This document shows, in pieces, positions 29,270-38,896 of a DNA stretch of 64,000 nt (the first letter of the stretch is position 1; each line of letters opens with the position of its first letter). The notes below the pieces were generated by a model. The model did no database searches, was not told the DNA's origin, and saw only the letters and a list, made by a program, of their open reading frames with translations. A program made the translations under genes and the position numbers. This DNA is from an uncultured Spirochaetota bacterium (GTDB taxonomy: Bacteria > Spirochaetota > Spirochaetia > SZUA-6 > Fen-1364), in assembly GCA_963745235.1 (NCBI GenBank), contig CAVUXE010000028.1, forward strand, positions 93,171 to 157,170, given 5' to 3'.

Positions 29270-30562
29270 CTACTGGTAAATGCCTTTCACGTCGCTCTGC
29301 AATTGCGTGACGGAGTCTTCAACGCCTACGTTCTGGTAAATAACGCGCGAAATCGCGTCCCACACCGCAGACGTGACCTGGTTGCCCTTGGTAGAGGACA
29401 GCCACACTGATGGTTTCGCAAGCTCTCCCTTGAAAACCTGGTCATAATAGGGGATGTACTTTCGGGCGAGAGTCGGATCAAGAGCCTGCTTGCCGTTCGA
29501 AAGCCACATGCGCGGCTGATGCAGGCCTTGCTTGATGAACTCGTTTGGCTGGCTCGTCATGGTGTCAAGCCACTCGAAAGTCAGCGCTGGATCCTTGGCA
29601 AGACGCGAAACGTAGAGGGCGTTGCCATATCCCATCCCGCCGATATCCTTTCCGTCAGGGAAGCGCGGATACGGGAAGGGTTGCACGTCCTTGCGCTTCA
29701 CAGAGTAGGTGTCCAGGACGCCCCAATACCAGGTGCCGCCCGTAAGGAAAATGCCGGACTTTCCCGTCCCGAATCCCTCGCGGTCATTGTTTGCAAGGGC
29801 AGGATCCCAGATCTTGTCCGTGGTCACGAAATCAGTGTACGTCTTCAACCCGCGGACGAGCGCGTCGGTCTGGTCCATGGAAGCGATCATGCCTTTCTCC
29901 GTTCCCCAGTCCAGCCCGAGCTGCTCCATCATCGCAGAGATGACCAGGAAATTGAAGATCCCTTCCTTGGAATTGCACATGAACCCGTTCCGCACGGTGA
30001 CGCCGTTGTCCACTTTCACCAGCTTCTTGGCGACGGCCACGAAATCCGCCCAGGTCTTGGGAATATCCGTCTTGGGGTTCAGGCCCGCTTCCTTCATGTA
30101 GGCAACGTTGATCCACCCCACATAGTCGGACAGCTCGAACGGGATCCCGTAGTACTTGCCGTCCCAGTATCCACCGCAGGTCTGGATTGCCCCCGGGGTC
30201 CACATCTTGACCACGTCATCGATGGATGACTTGCCGAATCCCTTCGGATCGATAGGGACCGCCTGACCTGCCGAGAGGAACTCCGCCGACTCTCCGTTGG
30301 TCAGCGCGAAGCTGTCGATCTGCCCATTGGCGGCCAGGACGGTGCGGATAATGTTCGCGCGGTCCCCGTCGGGCAGCAGAAGGAGCTTCACCTCCACGTC
30401 GGGGTGCTTCTTTTCAAAGATTTTCACCGCATTGAGGTCGATCGGGTCGTAGATCGTCTCTGTCCAGTGGTAGTGCACGATCACCTTCTTGGGTGCAGCC
30501 CCCCAGCTAAAGGCAACAAGCACCAGGAATCCCACGATGCAGAAAAGCAATCGCTTCACCAT
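29270..30562 (-). CDS. ABC transporter solute-binding protein (family 1, carbohydrate)
   Basis: The start at 30562 (MVKRLLFCIVGFLVLVAFSWGAA signal peptide) follows GGGGAGGG and lies inside ORF 29270..30871. Confidence 0.85.
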   Translation of the reverse strand: MVKRLLFCIVGFLVLVAFSWGAAPKKVIVHYHWTETIYDPIDLNAVKIFEKKHPDVEVKLLLLPDGDRANIIRTVLAANGQIDSFALTNGESAEFLSAGQAVPIDPKGFGKSSIDDVVKMWTPGAIQTCGGYWDGKYYGIPFELSDYVGWINVAYMKEAGLNPKTDIPKTWADFVAVAKKLVKVDNGVTVRNGFMCNSKEGIFNFLVISAMMEQLGLDWGTEKGMIASMDQTDALVRGLKTYTDFVTTDKIWDPALANNDREGFGTGKSGIFLTGGTWYWGVLDTYSVKRKDVQPFPYPRFPDGKDIGGMGYGNALYVSRLAKDPALTFEWLDTMTSQPNEFIKQGLHQPRMWLSNGKQALDPTLARKYIPYYDQVFKGELAKPSVWLSSTKGNQVTSAVWDAISRVIYQNVGVEDSVTQLQSDVKGIYQ

Positions 30563-30641
30563 ACACCCTCCCCTATGGCACCGGGCCGAGGCCGCGGTCC
30601 AACGAAGTCTTTCTTGCGGTCCCAACGGGGCCGTCCGGATC

Positions 30642-31883
30642 TCACAACCCTTCCATGCTCTCCTTGAATGCTGCCGCGAAAACCTTCGCCTTCTGGTCGA
30701 TCTCAGCATCCGTGGAATGCGGGTGGACACCGAAGGCCGCGCCCAGCCCCTTGTCCACAACGCCAACGGAGATGTTGATTGCCCGTCCGAGGATGTCGTC
30801 CGTGCGCGGGAGCATTCCCTTTCGATATTCCTGCTGGCAGGGATAGCAAGAGCAGTTGTACGGGCACCCACGTTCTATGATCATCTTCTTGCCAAGAATC
30901 TGCTCCATGTTGTTGTACACGTGCCACCCTGACTTTGTTACTGTCGTGGTGCCTATCTTCAGCGCCAATCTTTCCGCAACCTGAGCCGTGGGAAGGATGA
31001 CAGTCAGCAGCGTGCTGCATTCGCCGGCGTCGTCATTGATCTTTCGAAAGCCAAGGCCCGGCAATTTCTCGATCTTCGATTTGAAACGCTCCTTTATTTC
31101 GCGCAATCGCTTCATGATGACGTCCAGCCGTCGAAACTGGGCAATCAGAACAGCACCTGTCAATTCGTTCATTCGGTAGTTTTGCCCAACGATCGAACGG
31201 TTGCCGATCTCCACTCCCGAGCGGCTTGGAAAGTGCCCCTGGTCGTGGTAACCGAAGGCCCGGAAGTACAGGGAATCATCATCGGTCACGAGCATACCGC
31301 CGTCACCCGCGTTGATCGTCTTGAAGATGTTGAAGGAGTAGATCCCGATCTTCCCCAGCGTGCCGAGGCTCTTCTTTCCATAGCTGCCTCCGAAGGCCTG
31401 GGCGGCGTCTTCGATGAGGATGAGACCGTGTTTCTCCGCTATTGCACGAAGGCGATTCAGATCACACGGATTGCCCAGCATATGAACCGCCATTATTGCC
31501 CTGGTGCGCGGCGTTATCTTCTTCTCAACATCCGCAGGGTCGAGGCTGAGGCTGTCGTCGATCTCAGCGAGGACCGGAACCGCTCGAGCGATGATGATGG
31601 AGGATATTGAAGCGATGAAGGTGTATCCGGGAACGATGACCTCATCTCCCGGACCGATTCCGAGGGCGGAGAGCGCGGTAATCAGGGCGGCGGTGCCGGA
31701 GGTTACAGCCAGGGCATGCTTCACGGCGAACTTCTGCTCCACCATTTCCTCGAGAGTCTTGACTTTCCGCACAAATGCGGGATCTTTTTCGTCCCCATAT
31801 CGGAAGAGCCACCTGTTACGCAGAACTTCCAGGACTTCTTTCTCTTCTTCTTTGCCTATCCATTCAAAGCCAGGTCCTGGCAT
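30642..31883 (-). CDS. DegT/DnrJ/EryC1/StrS-family PLP-dependent aminotransferase
   Basis: Contains TSGTAALITAL, DAAQAFGG and the PLP-lysine block YSFNIFKTINAGDGGM, plus a Cys-rich C-terminal extension CPYNCSCYPC. The start at 31883 follows ACGGAGG. Confidence 0.8.
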   Translation of the reverse strand: MPGPGFEWIGKEEEKEVLEVLRNRWLFRYGDEKDPAFVRKVKTLEEMVEQKFAVKHALAVTSGTAALITALSALGIGPGDEVIVPGYTFIASISSIIIARAVPVLAEIDDSLSLDPADVEKKITPRTRAIMAVHMLGNPCDLNRLRAIAEKHGLILIEDAAQAFGGSYGKKSLGTLGKIGIYSFNIFKTINAGDGGMLVTDDDSLYFRAFGYHDQGHFPSRSGVEIGNRSIVGQNYRMNELTGAVLIAQFRRLDVIMKRLREIKERFKSKIEKLPGLGFRKINDDAGECSTLLTVILPTAQVAERLALKIGTTTVTKSGWHVYNNMEQILGKKMIIERGCPYNCSCYPCQQEYRKGMLPRTDDILGRAINISVGVVDKGLGAAFGVHPHSTDAEIDQKAKVFAAAFKESMEGL

Positions 31884-32013
31884 GGACGAACCTCCGTTCG
31901 GTGTAATTGGCAGCAAGATCTTAGCACAAACTTGCATGATGTCAACCTTTAAATCCAAAAATGTAAGAAAACGTTCGATATTCCTCGTTAAGTTGTGATA
32001 GTTAAATGCTTTT

Positions 32014-32026
32014 TTAGTTAAACTAA
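32014..32026. promoter_or_regulatory. palindrome TTAGTT-A-AACTAA in the AT-rich divergent region; candidate ROK-regulator operator
   Basis: Read directly. It lies between the divergent aminotransferase and ROK genes in a 120-nt AT-rich spacer. Confidence 0.3.
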
Positions 32027-32078
32027 TTCTCTTTTCCCTTTCAAAACAGCTAATTTCGTGTTAGCCTTGACATAATTT

Positions 32079-33305
32079 ATGAGCTCAGGAACTGGCAAAG
32101 ATATTGATGCTGCAATCCTGCAAGCGATCTATGCCCTTGGGACTCCGACACGAAACGAGATCGCGGACTTTACGAACCTGAGCGCTGTATCCGTCACCAA
32201 ATCGCTTACCAGGCTGATTCCGCAGGGTCTGGCTGAAAGATGCGGCAAGAGAGGGTCCAAAGCTGGCAGGCCGACCGTACTTTACCGGCTCGGACCTGCT
32301 GCGGGGTACTCGGTAGGGGTCTCAATCGATGTTGCAGGCTTTCGCTTGACCGCGATCGATGTGCGGCATGAGCTACTCCTTGAACGCGGCGGGTTGTTGT
32401 CACTTTCAGCTGATCCTTCGCTTCACGCCGAAGAGATAGTCTCAAAAGTCACCGCGGAGCTTCGGAGCTTCGTCGCCGCGCCGGAACTTGCGGATCGACG
32501 GCTTGTTGCAGTCGGAATTGCGCCCCCTGGAATAGTGGACACACAGAAGGGCATTTGGCTCCACGGGCTGCGGATCACCGGCGTCCTCCACGTGGCCCTT
32601 GGCGAAACCTTGCGAAGGCTTTTCGGCGTCTCCGTCCTTGTGGAGGATGGGGCTCGATGCCTCGCCTATAGAGAGGCAACACGACGGCCGAGGGATGACG
32701 CGCGGAATCTCGTCTATTTCTATCTCGGTTCAGGCGTCGGGGCCGGTATTATCATCGATGGCAAGCCATTCTACGGATGCCGCGGCATGGCGGGGGAAGT
32801 CGGCCATCTCATCGTGGAAGAGGGAGGGGTACGGTGCAGCTGTGGCAACGTAGGTTGCCTGGAAACGGTAATCTCCTGCTCCGCGGTTCTCAGCAGATTC
32901 AGGGAAAGACTGTCTGAGGGGGTAATCTCCTCGTTGCAGAGGTTTCGCGACGACGGTCGCCTGAGCCTGCAGGTGATCAAGGACGCCGCGGATGAGGGCG
33001 ACAAGCTTGCAAAATCAACTCTCTTCGAGCTGGGCAGGTTTCTGGGCGACGCGGTGAGCAAGGTCATCAAGCTCTTCAATCCAAGGGAATTGATAATCGG
33101 CGGTCCGGTCGCGTTGCTGGGAGAGCACATTCGAGAGTCCTTATGGATAGAGCTCAGGGAGAAGGTCATGCCTGAAATGCTTGTCGATCTCAGTTTGGAA
33201 ATGTCCCCAACGAAGGTGGGCGATGAGACACTAGGCGCAGCGATGCTTGCTGAAAGGCACTTCTGGAAGCACATTGGTGCGACGGACAGGGAGATCTCAG
33301 AATGA
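32079..33305 (+). CDS. ROK-family transcriptional regulator (NagC/XylR-like)
   Basis: N-terminal wHTH (TRNEIADFTNLSAVSVTKSLTRL) and the ROK zinc motif GHLIVEEGGVRCSCGNVGCLE. The stop overlaps the next start (ATGA). Confidence 0.85.
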   Translation: MSSGTGKDIDAAILQAIYALGTPTRNEIADFTNLSAVSVTKSLTRLIPQGLAERCGKRGSKAGRPTVLYRLGPAAGYSVGVSIDVAGFRLTAIDVRHELLLERGGLLSLSADPSLHAEEIVSKVTAELRSFVAAPELADRRLVAVGIAPPGIVDTQKGIWLHGLRITGVLHVALGETLRRLFGVSVLVEDGARCLAYREATRRPRDDARNLVYFYLGSGVGAGIIIDGKPFYGCRGMAGEVGHLIVEEGGVRCSCGNVGCLETVISCSAVLSRFRERLSEGVISSLQRFRDDGRLSLQVIKDAADEGDKLAKSTLFELGRFLGDAVSKVIKLFNPRELIIGGPVALLGEHIRESLWIELREKVMPEMLVDLSLEMSPTKVGDETLGAAMLAERHFWKHIGATDREISE

Positions 33306-34669
33306 CGCTTGAATCGATCAATCCAACCACGGGCCAGAGGATCCGGGTTTACACGGGTGCCTCACGCGCCGAAGTCTCTACCAATCTCGCTGCCGCCTCC
33401 GCCGCCTCTCTGCGATGGAGCAAAGCAGGCATGGCCGAACGCGCGACCTTTATGCGCAATGCCGCGCGGATCCTTCGGGAATCGAAAGAAAAATGGGCGG
33501 TGCTCATGGCGGAGGAAATGGGGAAGCCGGTCGCCCAAGGGGTCGCAGAGGCAGAAAAGTCCGCCTGGGCCTGCGACTATTTCGCCGACAACGGGGAGGC
33601 TTTTCTCGCGCCGGTGGAAATAGCGGCGGATACACGCAAAAGCTACGTCGCCTTCCAACCGCTTGGCGTCATTCTTGCGGTCATGCCGTGGAACTTTCCG
33701 TTCTGGCAGGTCTTCCGCGCGGCTGCACCCGCGCTCATGGCTGGGAACGCAATGGTCCTCAAGCATGCCTCGAACGTGTGCGGATGCTCGATGGCAATCC
33801 AGGCGATATTCGAAGAAGCGGGATTTCCAACAGGCGTGTTCAGCAGCTTGCTCCTGGACTCTGGTGAGGTCGCTGCCCTGATCAAAGACCGGCGGATTCA
33901 AGCCGTTACGCTGACGGGCAGTACAGAAGCAGGAAGGTCAGTGGCCCGGACCGCCGGTGAAGCGCTGAAGAAGGTTGTGCTCGAGTTGGGGGGAAGCGAC
34001 CCCTACCTGATTCTTGAGGACGCCGACCTGGAGCTGGCAGCAAGCAGCTGCGCGGCAGGCAAGTTGATCAATTCCGGACAGAGCTGTATTGCGGTAAAAA
34101 GAATAATCGTCGTGCAGAGCATCAAGACGCGGTTCGAGGAGCTCCTGCTCCAACGCATGGGGGAATACAAAATAGGCAACCCCCTCGACAGCACCACGCA
34201 GATCGGACCGCTTGCAAAAGCCGATATTCGCGACGCGGTCTCCGTTCAGGTCGAGCGCAGCATCTCCGCGGGCGCGCGATGCATCATGGGCGGAAAGATC
34301 CCGAGAACGGCCGGCTTCTTCTACCCTCCGACCGTCCTTACTGATGTCCATCGAGGAATGGCGGTTTTCGACCAGGAGGTATTTGGCCCGGTCGCCGCAA
34401 TCATTCCCGTTGACAACGAGGCCGAGGCTGTTGACTGCGCCAACGATTCTTCTTATGGCCTGGGCGCGGGCATATTCACACGAGATCTCAAGAGAGGCGA
34501 GCGCATCGCCAGAGAAGAGTTGATGGCAGGCAGTTGCTTCGTGAATGCATATGTTCGCTCGGATCCGCGGCTTCCTTTCGGCGGCATCAGAGAGAGTGGA
34601 TTCGGACGGGAGCTTTCGTCATTCGGTATCCGTGAGTTCGTGAACATCAAGACCGTCTACATTCAATAG
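33302..34669 (+). CDS. NAD(P)-dependent aldehyde dehydrogenase (succinate-semialdehyde dehydrogenase-like)
   Basis: 455 aa with catalytic blocks LELGGSDP and NSGQSCIAVKR, plus FPFWQ near the N-terminus. Confidence 0.85.
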   Translation: MTLESINPTTGQRIRVYTGASRAEVSTNLAAASAASLRWSKAGMAERATFMRNAARILRESKEKWAVLMAEEMGKPVAQGVAEAEKSAWACDYFADNGEAFLAPVEIAADTRKSYVAFQPLGVILAVMPWNFPFWQVFRAAAPALMAGNAMVLKHASNVCGCSMAIQAIFEEAGFPTGVFSSLLLDSGEVAALIKDRRIQAVTLTGSTEAGRSVARTAGEALKKVVLELGGSDPYLILEDADLELAASSCAAGKLINSGQSCIAVKRIIVVQSIKTRFEELLLQRMGEYKIGNPLDSTTQIGPLAKADIRDAVSVQVERSISAGARCIMGGKIPRTAGFFYPPTVLTDVHRGMAVFDQEVFGPVAAIIPVDNEAEAVDCANDSSYGLGAGIFTRDLKRGERIAREELMAGSCFVNAYVRSDPRLPFGGIRESGFGRELSSFGIREFVNIKTVYIQ

Positions 34670-34687
34670 TTGCCCCTTAAGGGCAAC
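34669..34687 (+). terminator. weak terminator-like hairpin GTTGCCC-cttaa-GGGCAAC overlapping the stop codon, with no U-tract
   Basis: Read directly. It has a 7-bp stem and is followed by a GC-rich sequence, so this is only a tentative terminator. Confidence 0.3.
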
Positions 34688-34751
34688 ACCGACCGTTGTT
34701 CGACGGCCCCCCCTCTCGTAAGAACCACATATTTTGGCTCCGGCTTCGCAG

Positions 34752-34823
34752 TTGACAGTTCAAAACAATTAGAATTATGATTCGACCAATAGAATACTCG
34801 ACCATAATATATCTTTGGTCGAA
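34752..34823 (+). promoter_or_regulatory. candidate promoter TTGACA-18 nt-TATGAT with a TCGACCA operator set (inverted pair TTCGACCAA / TTGGTCGAA plus one direct copy)
   Basis: TTGACA is at 34752..34757 and TATGAT at 34776..34781. TTCGACCAA is at 34781..34789, CTCGACCA at 34797..34804 and TTGGTCGAA at 34815..34823. The site is immediately upstream of the TetR gene. Confidence 0.5.
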
Positions 34824-34850
34824 ATAAGCAGTCTGGGAGGTTAGCATTAA

Positions 34851-35438
34851 ATGCACGGCAAAACGTATGAAGATCAAAAGGCTTCAGTGGTCCAAGGCGC
34901 TGCATTAGTTATTCAGCAGTTCGGTTTTGGAAAGACAACCATGAACGACATTGCGAGAGCCCTCCACATGGGAAAAAGCTCTCTCTACCACTATTTCACC
35001 AGCAAAGAGGACATTTTCCTCGAGGTCTTCAAGAACGAAGTTGCGGAGCTTCGAGACGAGTTCCTCAAGGCAATCGACGCTGAACGGACCCCGGAAGGCA
35101 AGATCCGCGCGTACATCCTGAAACGCACGGAAATGTACCGTCGGAAACTGGACCAGCACATGGAGTTCATTGAAGCCACCACGGAACGCTACGAGCTGCT
35201 CCTGAGAATCCACCAGATGTTCGACCCGGATGAGATCCGGATCATTTCCAGCATCCTCGAACAGGGAGTTGCCGAGGCACGATTCTCGATTCGAGACATC
35301 CCCACCACGGCAACCGCCATGGTCACGGCTTTTCGAGCCTTCGAGTACCCCTTTCCCCCAGCCCTGCAGCCCGCGGATACGGAGAAGACCCTGGATTCCC
35401 TGCTCGAAGTCGTCTTTCAAGGGCTTCTCAGAAGGTGA
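34851..35438 (+). CDS. TetR/AcrR-family transcriptional regulator
   Basis: 195 aa with HTH GKTTMNDIARALHMGKSSLYHYFTSKEDIF. Confidence 0.9.
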   Translation: MHGKTYEDQKASVVQGAALVIQQFGFGKTTMNDIARALHMGKSSLYHYFTSKEDIFLEVFKNEVAELRDEFLKAIDAERTPEGKIRAYILKRTEMYRRKLDQHMEFIEATTERYELLLRIHQMFDPDEIRIISSILEQGVAEARFSIRDIPTTATAMVTAFRAFEYPFPPALQPADTEKTLDSLLEVVFQGLLRR

Positions 35439-35441
35439 CAG

Positions 35442-38116
35442 ATGAAACGACTGGCGGGTTTCGTTTTTCGCAATCGCGCGTCGATCATCGTTGTCTTTCT
35501 TGTCCTTACCGCGTTCTTCGCGTTCTGGATCAAGGATCTCAAGCTCAACAGCGACAGCATCTCGTATCTGCCGAAGGATGACGCGGCTGTCCAGCTCTTC
35601 AATCACCTGGGAGACACTTTCAAGCAGAACGACGTGGTAGTGGTCGCCGTGGAGTCGGGAGACGTCTTCACCGCCCGGACGCTCCAGGACGTGGACCGCC
35701 TGACACAGGCGTTCCAGGCCGTGGACGGCGTCTCCACCGTTCTCAGCCTTGCCGACATGATGGACATCCGCAAGGCACCGGACGGCGGGATCGAGATCGG
35801 GAGGCTCTTCGAGCCGGGAAGCGCGCCGACAGCGCCGGACCGGATTCGGGCCCTGCGGGCCACGGTCATGGGAAATGAGAGATACCGCGGAGGCCTCGTC
35901 TCAAGGAACGGCCGTGCGACGCTTATCGTCTGCCAGATCAGGTCAGATGCCCGGGCGGGCTCCATCGTCGAGCACCTGAAGGCGGCCGCCGCGGCCAGCC
36001 GCGCGGAGGAAAAGCTGTACTTCGGCGGGAACCCGCTGCTGGCCACGGAGCTCAGCTCCGTCATGCTTCGTGACCTGCGGGTCCTGATTCCCGTTGTTTC
36101 CTTCCTTATCATCCTCACGCTCTTCTTTGCGTTCGGCACCATCCGGGGGGTCCTCATTCCCCTCGGCTCGGTCCTTATGAGCGCGGTCTGGATCATGGGC
36201 TTCATGGCCCTGGTGAAGGTGCCGCTGACACTCGTCTCGAGCATCATTCCAGCCCTGCTCGTGGCAATAGGGACGGCGCCCTGCATCCATATCCTCAGCA
36301 AGTTCGATGAGGACGTCAGCCGATACGGAAACCGTGGAGAGGAATCCCAAGGCGCCTTTCGCGAGGTGGGCACCCGCGTTGTCCTGGCGGCCCTCACGAT
36401 CGTCCTTGGCTTCTCCTCGTTCATTGCAGGCTCATACCTTACGACCATCCGGGACTTCGGAATCTTCGCTTCAGTCGGCGTCATTTTCTCCCTGCTGATC
36501 TCCATCATGTTCGTGCCGGCAGTGCTCGGCTCCATGAAGGTTTCCCCTCGCCGTTACCGGCGCGGCGAGGGCCGTCTCATCCCGAGACTCATGGCGACGT
36601 GGGCCGGCATCGTAGTCCGTCACCGAAAGACAATCATCGCGGCGAGCGCGCTCATCCTTCTGCTGGGGATGGCCGGGCATCCCCCTGATCAGGCGCGAAT
36701 CTGAGTTCACCACGTTCCTCGATCAGAAAAACCCCGTGCGGGTCACAGAGGCGCTCCTGCAGCGGGATTTCGGCGGCTCACGTCCGCTGGAGGTCGATTT
36801 CACGGGAGACCTCACAAATCCGTTCGTCCTCAAAGAGATGCTTCGATTCGAGAGGTTCATTGCCGGCCAGCATCTTGCGAACAACCCGCTCTCCCTCGCT
36901 GACCTGATCGCTGAGATGAACGATCTCATCGACAACCACAAGACCGTTCCGGATGACCGGGCAAGGGTTTCGAACCTGATGTTCATGCTGGAAGGCCAGG
37001 ATATTGTGAACGGCCTCGTGAGCGAGAACCGGGACGAAGGCCAGATTCAGTCCATGGTAGGTCTCCTGGACAGCGCACGGCTCAAGGGGATGATCGCAGT
37101 CCCTGGACCGGTATATCCGCTCCATGAACAGGGACCTCGTGGAGGTGCGGATGGCGTCCCTGTCCCCGCAGGACCGCGCCGAGGTAACGCGGTATCGGAC
37201 GCAGCGGGCATACGAAGAGCTGCTCTGGCTTATCCAGAAGCGAACGGGCAGGATCGAGTTCGATCCCACGCAAATGAAGGAGGAGATCACGTCCCTCTAC
37301 CGGGACTCCTGGCCGTCGCCTGACCCGGACGCCGCCCTCTCCCGGGTCCTCCCTTTCACCCCGGCAGAGCTCCAGGAAAACAAGGACTTCCGGTCGGAGG
37401 TGGAGGGAGAGCTTGCGGACCTGTCCCAGCTCGCAACCGCCGTGCCTGTGAAGCTGTTCCGCGCCTTGAGCATCTCACGCGGGGCGCAGGCCACTCCTGA
37501 GCTCATCACGTTCAACGTTCGCTACACGGGCATGCCGCTCATTTCCTGGCATCTCGATCAGAGCGTCCTGTGGAGCCAGGCAGAAAGCCTTGCGATCGCA
37601 ATCGTATTCATATTCATGCTCCTGGCTCTGAGGCTCCGGTCCTGGCGCGGCGGGCTCATGGGGCTCGCGCCGATTGTCCTCGCAGTCGTGCTGATGTTCG
37701 GCTTCATGGGCCTCACCGGCATCCCGATCAACGTGGCAACGGTCCTTGTCGGCTCCATCGCCCTGGGCATCGGGATCGATTATTCGATCCATTTCAGCGT
37801 GAGGTTCTCGACGTACTACCGAGGTCCTTCCACCGCCGCGGCGGCTGTCGCAAAGACCATCCAGACCACGGGTCTGGCAATCATCATCAACGTGCTCGCC
37901 GTCACCATGGGGTTCATCGCACTCCTGTTCGCCGATCTTCTGCCGCTGCGGCAATTCGGGATCCTGACCGCACTGGCGATGATCGCCAGCGGCGCAGGCG
38001 CGTTGAGCCTGCTTCCCGCGCTGATGCTGAGCGCGCCCGCTGCATTCATGGGCAAGGGGTGGGAGAAGCTTCAACGAAGCACGACGGGGGCGGGCGAAGC
38101 AACGCAAAAGACGTGA
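35442..38116 (+). pseudogene. MMPL/RND-superfamily exporter, two frame disruptions (36674-36680 and 37101-37103)
   Basis: Built from ORFs 35442..36704, 36736..37323 and 37124..38116. These form two 5-6 TM bundles separated by soluble loops. Junction 1 is ...LLGMAG / IPLIRRESEFTTFLDQKNP, restored by removing one G from GCCGGGCATC. Junction 2 is ...KGMIAV / LDRYIRSMNRDLVEV, at a CCC run. Confidence 0.8.
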
Positions 38117-38128
38117 AGGAGACATTCC

Positions 38129-38887
38129 ATGGGAAGAACAAAGACTATCATCGTCCTGGCAGCCGTTTTCTGTCTGATGGGGGCGGCTGTCCCGGCCCTG
38201 GCGCAGGATACCGGTCTGACGGCAGCGCAGATCCTCGACAAGGTGGATGACGCGATCAACGGTCCGAAGGATCAAAGCTACACGGTTCACCTTGTCCTGA
38301 TCGACAAGGACGGCTCGCAAAAGACACGGGAGATGATGATGCTCCAGAAGGGACGGCAAAAGCGCCTGGTGCGCTTCACGGCGCCGGCAGACCAGCGCGG
38401 CATCGCATTCCTCTCCCTGCCGGGAGATCTTCAGTACCTGTACCTGCCCGCCTTCAACAAGGTGCGCAGGATCGCCACTTCCGTGAAGAACACGAAGTTC
38501 GCCGGGACGGACTTCACCTATGACGATCTTGAGGCGGCGAGGTGGTCGGATAAATGGGTCCCCTCGATCAAGAGCAGGGATGAAGGCACGACCCTGCTGG
38601 AGCTGACTCCAAAGCCCGGCAGGACTTCAGACTACGCGAAACAGATCGTGACGGTTCTCGACGACAGCTTCTATCCTGTTCGCGTCGAGTACTACGACAC
38701 GGTGGGGACCCTGGCAAAGGTGCTGGTCCGCGGGGACCTGAAGCGGGAGCAGGGATACTGGGTCGCAATGAGCACCTCCATGGAGGACCTCAAGAAGCAG
38801 CACAAGAGCCAGATGCTCGTATCCGACCTCAAGCTCGACTCCGGGATCGGAGACGAAAAGTTCACGGAGCGCTATCTCAGCCAGTAG
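38129..38887 (+). CDS. outer-membrane lipoprotein-sorting (LolA-like fold) protein
   Basis: 252 aa with signal peptide ...GAAVPALAQD. The blocks LVRFTAPADQRGIAFL and KFAGTDFTYDDL are typical of LolA-like proteins found next to MMPL exporters. Confidence 0.7.
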   Translation: MGRTKTIIVLAAVFCLMGAAVPALAQDTGLTAAQILDKVDDAINGPKDQSYTVHLVLIDKDGSQKTREMMMLQKGRQKRLVRFTAPADQRGIAFLSLPGDLQYLYLPAFNKVRRIATSVKNTKFAGTDFTYDDLEAARWSDKWVPSIKSRDEGTTLLELTPKPGRTSDYAKQIVTVLDDSFYPVRVEYYDTVGTLAKVLVRGDLKREQGYWVAMSTSMEDLKKQHKSQMLVSDLKLDSGIGDEKFTERYLSQ

Positions 38888-38896
38888 GAGCACCTC

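Noticed and set aside
9370-30562. Three sugar ABC loci (9.4-12.6, 20.5-23.6 and 27.5-30.6 kb) lack an ATPase gene.
   Set aside because: CUT1-type importers commonly share a single MsiK/MalK-like ATPase encoded elsewhere. This is normal organisation, not a deletion.
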